IMG/VR virus record: IMGVR_UViG_3300042731_007021
Span: 17,162-81,161 of that record
Source of the DNA: a virus
Reading direction: 5' to 3' (one strand)
Length of the DNA: 64,000 nucleotides
Positions within the stretch are counted from its first letter, which is position 1, and every line of letters starts with the position of its first letter. Below, one piece after another: positions 56,738-64,000 of the stretch. Below the pieces are notes generated by a model. It was given only the letters and a program-made list of their open reading frames with translations, was not told where the DNA came from and did no database searches. Position numbers and translations under genes: made by a program.

Positions 56738-59540
56738 TCCTCACAAACATATTCACATCAATTCCCCTGGCAGCCAACGTTTCCAAATTCATCTTGGCTA
56801 ATTGTCTCGACCCCCCTCCAAGGTCAGGGTGAAAACAAAATTCCATAAAGAAGTCCTCTTGAGACAACAGTGCTCTGAATTGCTGCTCCGAAGAAATCCT
56901 TACCTTGTCACCAGCCTGCCTAGCCCAGCGGGTGTAGTAGGTGTGACAAATTAAGGGGTCAATGTAGAGAGCTTCGTCAGTTCGAAGATAATTGATCCCG
57001 TCTTCAATAGTGTAATTCATGCCTGTCTTGTGGGAGTCCGCCATAACAGCCATTTCTGATATAACCAACGATACTTCGGTTCTTGACTTCTCTATCTTTA
57101 CTTCCTCCAACGTATCATTAAGTTTATTTAAAACGGCGCTTACCATAAACTCATACTTTTGTTCAACATATTCAGGCTCCAGCCCGATTGACAATAAAGT
57201 ATTACAGAAAAAACGAACCCCGGTAAGTAAAGCTTTGTAAGAAAAATGCGGCCTTGCATCTATCTCTCTTGGCACCAATTCGTTGTATGAATTCATAGTC
57301 TTTACCACCCATTCAGGGTGAGTTCCAAGACTGTTCCATACCATAGCCCTGGCCAGCCCACGCATTAACTCTTTGTGGTCTATAACGTAATAGAGTTTGT
57401 CTGTTCTACCGTCAATTTCACGCCCGGCCTTCTTGATGTTCAACTGAATCATCCTACTCCTTAATGCTGGGCGTTCAGGAGCCTGTTCTGACATAACACA
57501 TATTGGGGCGCATATCTTAGCTTCTTCAACATGCGCCCCAGAAACCCTCTGTCCCCCTGCCATCGTCTTTTCAACGGATCCACGCCCAAACGATTGGGCA
57601 TTCCAGGCTGCTTTCAGCATCCCAGTGAATCCGTCATACTTCCACCCTTGAATTTCCCCTCGGTTAAATTCTTCCAGAAGTCTGGGAACGGTTTCTGAAG
57701 TAGTACAATATTGTGCTGCCGCCCAAGGAGTGGTGCCTTGAAGCGACAGCGGAGAATGCTCTAACATATAATCGACAGCATGCAGCCTGGCAAACACGCT
57801 GGACAATGCCGATTTCCCGGAAGACGAGTTGCCCCACAAATTCAATAACGGGAATTGGTTATCCCTCATTGTCAGTTGCATCTTGATATGGCACAGCGCC
57901 ATCCAGCCAATTAGGGTGCTGGTCACCTCCGGGTCATTACACTCCAACATATTATCGATCAATATTTTCAGGTCTTCAGACGCGGCTGGGTATTCGGTCT
58001 CTTTTACGTTCGGTGGAGCCGGTATAGATCCCCAGACCTGGTGCGTATTCTTTTGCTTGGTGGAGGATACGGAAAAGCCAGGCTCGACATAAACCAACTG
58101 CGTCCGCCCCCCTACTTTATGCCTGTGTATTCCTATGGAATGCACGTAGGTTATTTCCGTCATATCGTCCTCATTTGAAAATAGTAAATGCTGTATTTTT
58201 TGAAGGTCTACCTCATTGCCATAAAATGCATAATTTCCTTTTCCTTGGATTACCTGCTTGAATCCCCTGGTACTATTCCACGCATCTTCCAATATGGTCA
58301 CCAACTCCCTGCGATGCCCGTTCACTTTTATCAGGGCATTAGCCCCAACCCGCGTCTCTCCATAACTATCGTCCTCAGGAATGTCTATGAACTTGCTTTT
58401 TATTTCCAGCGTAAATGTGGTTATTTGCCGCTTCTGTTTGCCAAGGCCTACAAAATAACCATGAGGCATTTCAAATAAGTCGCTCTCCTGTTCATAGTCT
58501 TCAGGGACAATCTCGCTGTCTTCTATTGTACCGTTGCAGATAGCGCAGTCCCGGCAGGGTTCCATGACCGAAAACAACATGGCCTTGGAAAATCCATAGT
58601 TAGGTGATGCCGCAACATAGTTGACCATTTTCACCAATTCATGGTAACGCGCCATCTCAGTGTTATACGTGGATGATTTTACGTTTCTGGCCATATCCTT
58701 GGCATGCTTTTTCCAGTCTTTTACTCCCGCCTTTACCATGTAAGTGGCAAACTGGATAGACGCCTGGTTGAAGTTAGACTTCTCCTTAGTATCCCCCTGC
58801 TCAATTAACAGGTTAATGCAGGTTGGCAATTTGCCGTCCGGCCCAACGGTCTTTTTTAATTCTTCGTCCGGGACAAACTCCATATTTTCCCGAGCCTTTT
58901 GTTTCTTCTGCATCGTGATCTTACACGACTCATATAGGGTCTGAAACGCTAGCGACAGAGTTCCACTTTTTACCGGGTGCAGCGGCCTGGGGGATTCTGA
59001 CAGCTTCTGGTAGTTTTCCTCCGTCATCCCATAAAGTTCGTCCACAGTGATCTGAACTTTGTATTTGCCGTTATCCTTGCGCCTGACGTTTGGGGCTCTG
59101 ATAAGCCTTGGTCTGGCTTCGTTGTATACTGATAAGTCCAGACCTTCGACAAACATCTCAAGGGCCATTTCCCGATAAATAAGCGGCAGGGACTTGACCG
59201 GCCTGGCCGAGGCAAAAACCGCCATCGGGATAATAAAATGGAATCCCTTCTTACCTGACAGGTAAACCTCGTAATCGGTTACCCCGTATTCCTGTAGTTT
59301 ATCTGCAAATTGAATAGCTGACTTGATACTGGTCTTTGGATCCCCTTCAACATCTATATCTACATAGAATGGACCCTTGTAGGATTTGCCGTGCTTGTCC
59401 TGTTCGTCATCTATGGGTTCCTTAATGGACAGTGCCGACACCATAGGTATCTTGTCTTCTTGGAGCTTTTTTAACGCCTCTTCAGATTCCACCACATGCT
59501 GCCATGGGCTTTTCTTTGAGACCTGGTAATAAATAAACAT
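56730..59540 (-). CDS. AEP-type primase fused to DUF927-like helicase
   Basis: FYVDID, SGKKGFH (AEP motifs), GNSSSGKS P-loop, LLEEFN. Confidence 0.85.
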   Translation of the reverse strand: MFIYYQVSKKSPWQHVVESEEALKKLQEDKIPMVSALSIKEPIDDEQDKHGKSYKGPFYVDIDVEGDPKTSIKSAIQFADKLQEYGVTDYEVYLSGKKGFHFIIPMAVFASARPVKSLPLIYREMALEMFVEGLDLSVYNEARPRLIRAPNVRRKDNGKYKVQITVDELYGMTEENYQKLSESPRPLHPVKSGTLSLAFQTLYESCKITMQKKQKARENMEFVPDEELKKTVGPDGKLPTCINLLIEQGDTKEKSNFNQASIQFATYMVKAGVKDWKKHAKDMARNVKSSTYNTEMARYHELVKMVNYVAASPNYGFSKAMLFSVMEPCRDCAICNGTIEDSEIVPEDYEQESDLFEMPHGYFVGLGKQKRQITTFTLEIKSKFIDIPEDDSYGETRVGANALIKVNGHRRELVTILEDAWNSTRGFKQVIQGKGNYAFYGNEVDLQKIQHLLFSNEDDMTEITYVHSIGIHRHKVGGRTQLVYVEPGFSVSSTKQKNTHQVWGSIPAPPNVKETEYPAASEDLKILIDNMLECNDPEVTSTLIGWMALCHIKMQLTMRDNQFPLLNLWGNSSSGKSALSSVFARLHAVDYMLEHSPLSLQGTTPWAAAQYCTTSETVPRLLEEFNRGEIQGWKYDGFTGMLKAAWNAQSFGRGSVEKTMAGGQRVSGAHVEEAKICAPICVMSEQAPERPALRSRMIQLNIKKAGREIDGRTDKLYYVIDHKELMRGLARAMVWNSLGTHPEWVVKTMNSYNELVPREIDARPHFSYKALLTGVRFFCNTLLSIGLEPEYVEQKYEFMVSAVLNKLNDTLEEVKIEKSRTEVSLVISEMAVMADSHKTGMNYTIEDGINYLRTDEALYIDPLICHTYYTRWARQAGDKVRISSEQQFRALLSQEDFFMEFCFHPDLGGGSRQLAKMNLETLAARGIDVNMFVRSE

Positions 59541-59544
59541 ACCG

Positions 59545-59931
59545 TCAACTGAAATTTATTATTGAATGCTTTCTTACGGCTTCAGTAACCTGCTCTGCGG
59601 TGGGTATTAAGTTCTCCTGTTTTTCTATTCGATAATTTTTTGGGAGTATGTAAACGACTTTTGGGCTCAATTCAGGATGGCCATTTACCCTGCTCAACTG
59701 AATTGGCATATAAAATCTTATACTAAGCTTAGGATGCACAATTATATCTTCAATGCCGCCGGTAACCTGGTACCCGAGCTTCATGGCCATCGTCATTGAT
59801 GGGCTGCCATTTTGAATTTTATAGTCAACCAACTTAAACGTGCAGAGGACCTTTCCTTGATCATCAACCAAGGATCTCCATATTTCTCTGGGCAGAGTTT
59901 CCACCCAATTCTTCATGTCATCGTCTTTCAA
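59545..59931 (-). CDS. Hypothetical protein
   Basis: First ORF after promoter at 59994. Confidence 0.65.
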   Translation of the reverse strand: MKDDDMKNWVETLPREIWRSLVDDQGKVLCTFKLVDYKIQNGSPSMTMAMKLGYQVTGGIEDIIVHPKLSIRFYMPIQLSRVNGHPELSPKVVYILPKNYRIEKQENLIPTAEQVTEAVRKHSIINFS

Positions 59932-59964
59932 AGCCTTAAAACCACTTACTGTCTTGAGCTGTTA

Positions 59965-59994
59965 AATTTAAATCGTTTGCGGGAAGATTGTCAA
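59965..59994 (-). promoter_or_regulatory. sigma70 promoter TTGACA-18-TAAATT for the replication operon
   Basis: Near-consensus match. Confidence 0.6.
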
Positions 59995-60084
59995 CCACTG
60001 CTTATTTATTTACCGGTGCTTTCTGAATGCATAAGCCGTCTACGACATCCTCGTTTTGCGGCCTCATCGCCGTGGATTCCCTCG

Positions 60085-60351
60085 CTATGTCTCATTAGCG
60101 ATACGCAACAATGTATCTCCGTGGCACCGCTTAGGGGCACAGAAGCAAACGAGATCCTTGCCCTTTAGTTCGGCCTTTACCCGCGCCACCAGTTGTGGGT
60201 TTTCCCGCAACATCGCTTCGTAGCGGTCACACACCTCGTCACGGTTCCCATGCTTTCCGATGACAAACGGGTTTCCGTATGGAGAGCCCCGCCCAATATA
60301 AACGGCGTCAGGGCCTGCTGTCTTGTGGTATTTATTGTGCACTTTAGGCAT
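60085..60351 (-). CDS. DUF4326-family protein
   Basis: VYIGRGSPYGNPF...LKGKDLVCFCAPKRCHGD. Confidence 0.85.
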   Translation of the reverse strand: MPKVHNKYHKTAGPDAVYIGRGSPYGNPFVIGKHGNRDEVCDRYEAMLRENPQLVARVKAELKGKDLVCFCAPKRCHGDTLLRIANET

Positions 60352-60374
60352 AATAGGTAACTCCAGTTAGTTGC

Positions 60375-60626
60375 TCACTTCCATTTCTTAGTATTGGCGA
60401 CTTTCCACATCTGCTCAGTTAAATTATGCAGCATTACTGTTCCAACATGCTCACCTAAATGCTTATAAATATCCTTCCGGGATTGCTCTAATTTAATCAG
60501 TTCCCGTACCGGCACCGCCACATACTCAGCCGATGCAGAAGGAGATTCGTTCAGTGCATCCCTTAACCTCTCAGCGTCCAATTTGCATTGACCGCAATCA
60601 TCAATTTCATGTATCACACATTTCAT
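60375..60626 (-). CDS. Hypothetical protein (start revised to MKCVIHE)
   Basis: CVIH...CGQC motif; start avoids overlap with upstream ORF. Confidence 0.55.
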   Translation of the reverse strand: MKCVIHEIDDCGQCKLDAERLRDALNESPSASAEYVAVPVRELIKLEQSRKDIYKHLGEHVGTVMLHNLTEQMWKVANTKKWK

Positions 60627-60645
60627 CGCTTCTGGCCTCAATTGT

Positions 60646-60984
60646 TTAGTTTGCCTTACGCATTCCGAAATGAATCTGCGCACAGATTTCACAAAACCAA
60701 ATACCGCAATACAAGCAGCGGTAGGCATAAATCACCTTCACCTTATGGTCACAATCGGGGCATCGAATTACTGTTTTGTCAGTAGTCATACCCCAACCGC
60801 TTTGCTCTTTAATCATCTTGACCTGGCCATACATGATTTTGAGGTTCTGCACTTTCTGTTCAGGCGTCGCCTTGCTCTCATAAACCGGCAAATTAGCCAA
60901 CTCATCAATAGTAGATAAACCTACCTCCGGCGGCTCGTAAGGCAGTGTGTCTATGTGTACTGATTTCGTTTCGTTGTCACACAT
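60646..60984 (-). CDS. Hypothetical protein with C-terminal Cys-rich Zn finger
   Basis: CPDC...CLYC...CEIC..H. Confidence 0.7.
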   Translation of the reverse strand: MCDNETKSVHIDTLPYEPPEVGLSTIDELANLPVYESKATPEQKVQNLKIMYGQVKMIKEQSGWGMTTDKTVIRCPDCDHKVKVIYAYRCLYCGIWFCEICAQIHFGMRKAN

Positions 60985-61026
60985 GGTTTCAATCCGGTTT
61001 ACTGGTTATGGTCGCCCGTTATGGCG

Positions 61027-61209
61027 CTAATCATAAACGCCGACGCTTGTTTTCATCTCGCAGCGCGAGCAGGTCCAAGTTACATAGGTGTCGTGTTCAT
61101 CCTTTGTCTCAGGTGGATAGTCGTGATCGCAATCTGGATCGCCGCCGCTTGTGCTCACGTCGTGAGGACAACAGTAGTCTGGTAACTCTATTTTTCGTGA
61201 TGCTGTCAT
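61027..61209 (-). CDS. Cassette ORF, small Cys/His-rich protein
   Basis: CCPH, CDHDY, CSRC; GGAG RBS. Confidence 0.65.
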   Translation of the reverse strand: MTASRKIELPDYCCPHDVSTSGGDPDCDHDYPPETKDEHDTYVTWTCSRCEMKTSVGVYD

Positions 61210-61250
61210 GTTTGTATCTCCGTAGATAGTCGCGCCATTTAGCTAATTCG

Positions 61251-61484
61251 TTACCTTGCCCTAGTGTTCCAATCTGCAATAACGTCCCGCTTAGTGCCCC
61301 GTCGCATGGATACGCAATAGTTTATACATCCAATGCGCCATGTCGGGCGCTTAGTAGGGGTCTCATTTACCGCAGGAGCAGCTGGTGCCCCGCAAAAGGG
61401 GCAAGGTAACAAGCAAGTCAACTCGGACGCTGCGCGTCCTTGCGCCTGGTCGAGTTCGCCATCTCCTGGTAGTCCGTCGCCCAT
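61251..61484 (-). CDS. Cassette ORF, Lar-like restriction-alleviation protein
   Basis: LLPCPFCG...CINYC...IADWNTRA motif; AGGAG RBS and ATG lie inside the attC. Confidence 0.75.
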   Translation of the reverse strand: MGDGLPGDGELDQAQGRAASELTCLLPCPFCGAPAAPAVNETPTKRPTWRIGCINYCVSMRRGTKRDVIADWNTRAR

Positions 61485-61528
61485 ATCAGCTCCTGTGGCG
61501 CGTAGCGCCGGTTACTTTGTCGTTATAA
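61404..61528 (+). other. attC site (125 bp)
   Basis: AGGTAAC-aagca-AGTCAACT...GGTTACT-ttgtc-GTTATAA; inner stem cggacgctgcgcg/cgcgtagcgccg. Confidence 0.85.
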
Positions 61529-61702
61529 ATCCGTTTTTATCTTGCTACACGCTTCTACAAATTCGCGCATTGCCTTGGTAGTGTCTTCGGCAGCCTGCTT
61601 CACGCCAACCATCGCCGCCTTTAATTTTTCCGCTTCCATTTTCAAGGCTTCGATTTTTTCCATTGCTTCGGTGGTGTCTATTTTCAGTTCGGCCTTTGCC
61701 AT
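61523..61702 (-). CDS. Cassette ORF, 59-aa helical protein (not in ORF track)
   Basis: MAKAELKIDTTEAMEKIEALK...SKIKTDL*; GGAG RBS; stop TAA formed by the core site. Confidence 0.7.
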   Translation of the reverse strand: MAKAELKIDTTEAMEKIEALKMEAEKLKAAMVGVKQAAEDTTKAMREFVEACSKIKTDL

Positions 61703-61723
61703 TTCGGTTTCTCCAAAAAGTAT

Positions 61724-61798
61724 TTATAACAAGTCGTATCAGTTCGCTTCGCTTGGGACTTCCGCTTACGCTCCAGCCCCTGTACTCAGTTGTTATGG
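61724..61798 (+). other. attC site (75 bp)
   Basis: TTATAAC-aagtc-GTATCAGT...CCTGTAC-tcagtt-GTTATGG. Confidence 0.8.
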
Positions 61799-62209
61799 CG
61801 TTATATTCCACTTTGCCAATTCAATAGCTTTCCGCTTGGTCTCTAAATGAGCCTCACCAAATCCAGAGCATTGATTCTGAAAGTAAGTTATCTCTTCGCC
61901 TGCTTGCTGTATCGCTCTTAGGTAATACTGCTCTACCCATGAGTGGTCAAAAACAAACCGACCTTGTGCGGTTCCTCGCTCAAATACCTTATCTGGCTGT
62001 CTCGGGTCGATTACTACCGTTTCAATTTCAAAACCGCGTTCTCTGCACATGTTTTGTACGCGCTTTGCCTCCACATGGTCTGCAAAAGCCACCCGGTCGC
62101 CTTCTTTCAAGGCTTCAACCATTGCTACTGTTCTACCTGTTCTGCGTGCTGATTGAAAATATGTGTATGCCATGCCTTTCATTGCTTGGGCAATTCCAAA
62201 AATATCCAT
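61793..62209 (-). CDS. Cassette ORF, hypothetical protein with P-loop-like RRTGRT
   Basis: Start revised to MDIFG (GGAG RBS); stop in core site. Confidence 0.75.
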   Translation of the reverse strand: MDIFGIAQAMKGMAYTYFQSARRTGRTVAMVEALKEGDRVAFADHVEAKRVQNMCRERGFEIETVVIDPRQPDKVFERGTAQGRFVFDHSWVEQYYLRAIQQAGEEITYFQNQCSGFGEAHLETKRKAIELAKWNITP

Positions 62210-62239
62210 CGTCGTTTCTCCAAAGTTGTACCAATCGCG

Positions 62240-62302
62240 CCATAACAAGGCGCATCAAACGGACGCGCAAAAACCGCAGGCCCTTGTGCTAATTCGTTAG
62301 AA
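62240..62302 (+). other. attC site (63 bp)
   Basis: CCATAAC-aaggc-GCATCAAA...CTTGTGC-taattc-GTTAGAA. Confidence 0.85.
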
Positions 62303-62304
62303 CG

Positions 62305-62514
62305 CTACTTGCAGTTCACTGGCTTTCCTTTATCCGTCAGTTTCACGGAGAGAACAGCCTTCATTGCAAAATTCGCGTACCAGTATTCATGCCCATCAAG
62401 GCACACGGTGTCGTAGTCGTCGGGGTCACTTCCCAATGTCCAAGTCTTGTAGATCATGGTTCCAAAGAAACCCATCATCACCACTACAGCCAGCCATAAA
62501 AGTCCGTCTTTCAT
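62305..62514 (-). CDS. Cassette ORF, small membrane-anchored protein
   Basis: N-terminal TM helix, VCLDGHEY...GKPVNC; GAGGT RBS. Confidence 0.75.
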   Translation of the reverse strand: MKDGLLWLAVVVMMGFFGTMIYKTWTLGSDPDDYDTVCLDGHEYWYANFAMKAVLSVKLTDKGKPVNCK

Positions 62515-62526
62515 TTGAACCTCGCG

Positions 62527-62579
62527 TTCTAACAAGTTGGTCAGGCCGCCTTCGGCCGCCGCTTACCTCGGCGTTATGC
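62527..62579 (+). other. attC site (53 bp, short)
   Basis: TTCTAAC-aagtt-GGTCAGGC...GCTTACC-tcggc-GTTATGC. Confidence 0.8.
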
Positions 62580-62780
62580 GTCGTCATCAGCAAACCAAAC
62601 AGTCACCACGGATAGCGGCGGAACAACCAGGCCAGCACCGTGAATCATTTCGCATTTGTAGTTTGATTCAAAATCGCAAGATGCTAGTTTTACGGAATTC
62701 CAAATCCACGAACCGCCGCCAATCACAATGACGAATACAACAATCAGTTCAATCATGGTAAAACCTCTTTGCTTTTTCAT
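62574..62780 (-). CDS. Cassette ORF, prepilin-type N-terminal cleavage/methylation protein
   Basis: MKKQRG-FTMIELIVVFVIV class III signal; stop in core site. Confidence 0.8.
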   Translation of the reverse strand: MKKQRGFTMIELIVVFVIVIGGGSWIWNSVKLASCDFESNYKCEMIHGAGLVVPPLSVVTVWFADDDA

Positions 62781-62810
62781 TTCCATTTCTCCAGTTAAAT
62801 TAAATAAATC

Positions 62811-62912
62811 GCATAACAAGCGCATAAACTCCGACCCAAAAAGCAGTTGGCATCCGCGCGTTAATCAAGCATCGTGGCCCGCTTTTTGGGAGGGTTATGC
62901 TTCACGTTAACT
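62811..62912 (+). other. attC site (102 bp)
   Basis: GCATAAC-aagcg-CATAAACT...GGTTATG-cttcac-GTTAACT; stem cccaaaaagc/gctttttggg. Confidence 0.9.
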
Positions 62913-62914
62913 GT

Positions 62915-63088
62915 CTATTCTATAACTACCTCAATATCTTCAGGGATACCGAAGGGTTTATCACAGATTTCGCATTCTGAGTCCCCGCCACGAGGGTCAG
63001 AAAGCCAGCCTTGATTTTCAAACCCGCAGTGCGGGCAAATGATCTTCGCGTTGTAGCTGTTAAGTATGAATTTCTTTGCTTGTTCCAT
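62915..63088 (-). CDS. Cassette ORF, 57-aa Zn-ribbon protein (not in ORF track)
   Basis: MEQAKKF...CPHC...CEIC...EVVIE*; GGAG RBS. Confidence 0.7.
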   Translation of the reverse strand: MEQAKKFILNSYNAKIICPHCGFENQGWLSDPRGGDSECEICDKPFGIPEDIEVVIE

Positions 63089-63107
63089 AGGTTCTCTCCG
63101 ATAAAAC

Positions 63108-63169
63108 GACTAACAATTATATCCAGCCGACCTTCGCTACGCCCAGGCTGCTGATAATTGCCGTTATAA
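63108..63169 (+). other. attC site (62 bp)
   Basis: GACTAAC-aatta-TATCCAGC...GCTGATA-attgcc-GTTATAA. Confidence 0.88.
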
Positions 63170-63376
63170 CGCTTCCAGTTGCTTTTGCACCCATTGTCTC
63201 GCCGCTATCCTAGCCTGCGCCGCACTCTTTAGTCCTTCCGCAATCGGAAAAGATTTTCTCGGTTTTGTGTGCGGGTTATCAGGAATCGTCGGATCATCAA
63301 ACAAACATTGCCCGTCAATGCGAGCAAAATACCCATTGCTACATTTTCCAATATATAATTTTGGGTTCATTTCCAC
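63164..63376 (-). CDS. Cassette ORF, hypothetical protein
   Basis: GAGGT RBS; stop in core site. Confidence 0.7.
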   Translation of the reverse strand: MEMNPKLYIGKCSNGYFARIDGQCLFDDPTIPDNPHTKPRKSFPIAEGLKSAAQARIAARQWVQKQLEAL

Positions 63377-63390
63377 ACTTTTACCTCGCG

Positions 63391-63437
63391 TTATAACAAG
63401 TTAATCCAGTGCGAGCTTCTCTTCGCTCGCCATTATG
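63391..63437 (+). other. Truncated attC (R'', L'' and inner hairpin present; L' and the G of R' lost)
   Basis: TTATAAC-aagtt-AATCCAGT-gcgagc...gctcgc-cATTATG. Confidence 0.6.
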
Positions 63438-63621
63438 TGCCTTCAACCTTCAGGGTTTCGCGCTCAAATACTCCAGGCAATTTGTTGAGCCGTATTTCCA
63501 CCTCTACTCCTTGGTAGGTAATAATGCAGCTCGGGTCGTCACCAGCGTCCAGTAAAGTGCCGAAGTTTTGTAAATGGTCTGCCAGCCATGCTTTTGCAGG
63601 CTGTTGTAAATCTGCAATCAT
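63433..63621 (-). CDS. Cassette ORF, hypothetical protein (start revised to MIADL)
   Basis: AGGAGG RBS. Confidence 0.7.
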   Translation of the reverse strand: MIADLQQPAKAWLADHLQNFGTLLDAGDDPSCIITYQGVEVEIRLNKLPGVFERETLKVEGT

Positions 63622-63643
63622 GTTTCTCCTCCTGCGCACAGGC

Positions 63644-63703
63644 GCAGAACAATGTTATCTAGTTGATCTCGCTATGCTCAGCGACAAAGTTCAGTCGTTA
63701 GGC
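63644..63703 (+). other. Degenerate attC (60 bp)
   Basis: GCAGAAC-aatgt-...tcgct/agcga hairpin...tcagtc-GTTAGGC; L boxes pair poorly. Confidence 0.55.
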
Positions 63704-63877
63704 ATCCTTGCATTTACCTACTGGAGGCACCCATTTGTATCCAGTAACTCGCATCCATAAATAATCTGTCTGCCTGGTTTGCTGTGCGCCACACCGACTA
63801 CATACCCGCTTAGGGTCGGCCACCAGCCCCAAAACTCCTTGGTCGACGGGTTGCCAATCGTGCTTACGGTTATTCAT
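63698..63877 (-). CDS. Cassette ORF, small Cys/His protein (start revised to MNNRKH)
   Basis: KHDW...CSRCG; stop TAA in core site GCCTAAC. Confidence 0.65.
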   Translation of the reverse strand: MNNRKHDWQPVDQGVLGLVADPKRVCSRCGAQQTRQTDYLWMRVTGYKWVPPVGKCKDA

Positions 63878-63933
63878 ACAGGCATCCTCGATCAATAGAC
63901 TCCGGTTTCCACGTCCGCAACTTCGGCGCTTAC

Positions 63934-64000
<67 letters not shown>

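Noticed and set aside
14221-59215. Numerous 60-170 aa ORFs antisense to or nested in long genes
   Set aside because: Shadow ORFs without RBS or motifs, overlapping well-supported genes
61545-61811. 88-aa minus-strand ORF from the track crossing an attC
   Set aside because: A 59-aa ORF in another frame (61523-61702) has an RBS and ends at the core site; the 88-aa frame is likely spurious
61404-63703. Palindromes read as rho-independent terminators or REP elements
   Set aside because: No U-tracts, heterogeneous sequences, conserved R/L box spacing and cross-cassette core complementarity fit attC better

Overview
The window is most of the genome of a tailed dsDNA siphovirus-type phage; its sigma70 promoters, spanins and amidase suggest a Gram-negative, probably proteobacterial, host. 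Layout: leftward early genes including a multidomain N6-adenine-type methyltransferase (1-8151); rightward middle genes (GNAT-like protein, Nmad5-like protein, orphan ribonucleotide reductase beta subunit, J-domain protein); a packaging/head/tail operon (14852-35422); lysis genes; a second virion-appendage module with a glycoside hydrolase and a repeat protein (37949-44690); and a leftward replication operon (SbcCD-like, resolvase, PolA, Dda-like and SNF2 helicases, primase-helicase). The standout feature is at ~61000-63900: an array of integron-type attC sites (6 intact, 1 degenerate, 3 remnants) separating single small genes, with no integron integrase in the window. In 6 cassettes the R'' box is exactly complementary to the core site at the cassette's other end, the signature of IntI-type insertion. 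Every ORF is antisense to the canonical attC orientation, and most use the core site as their stop codon. All functional calls come from motifs read by eye; no database searches were run. The final 66 A's are treated as padding.
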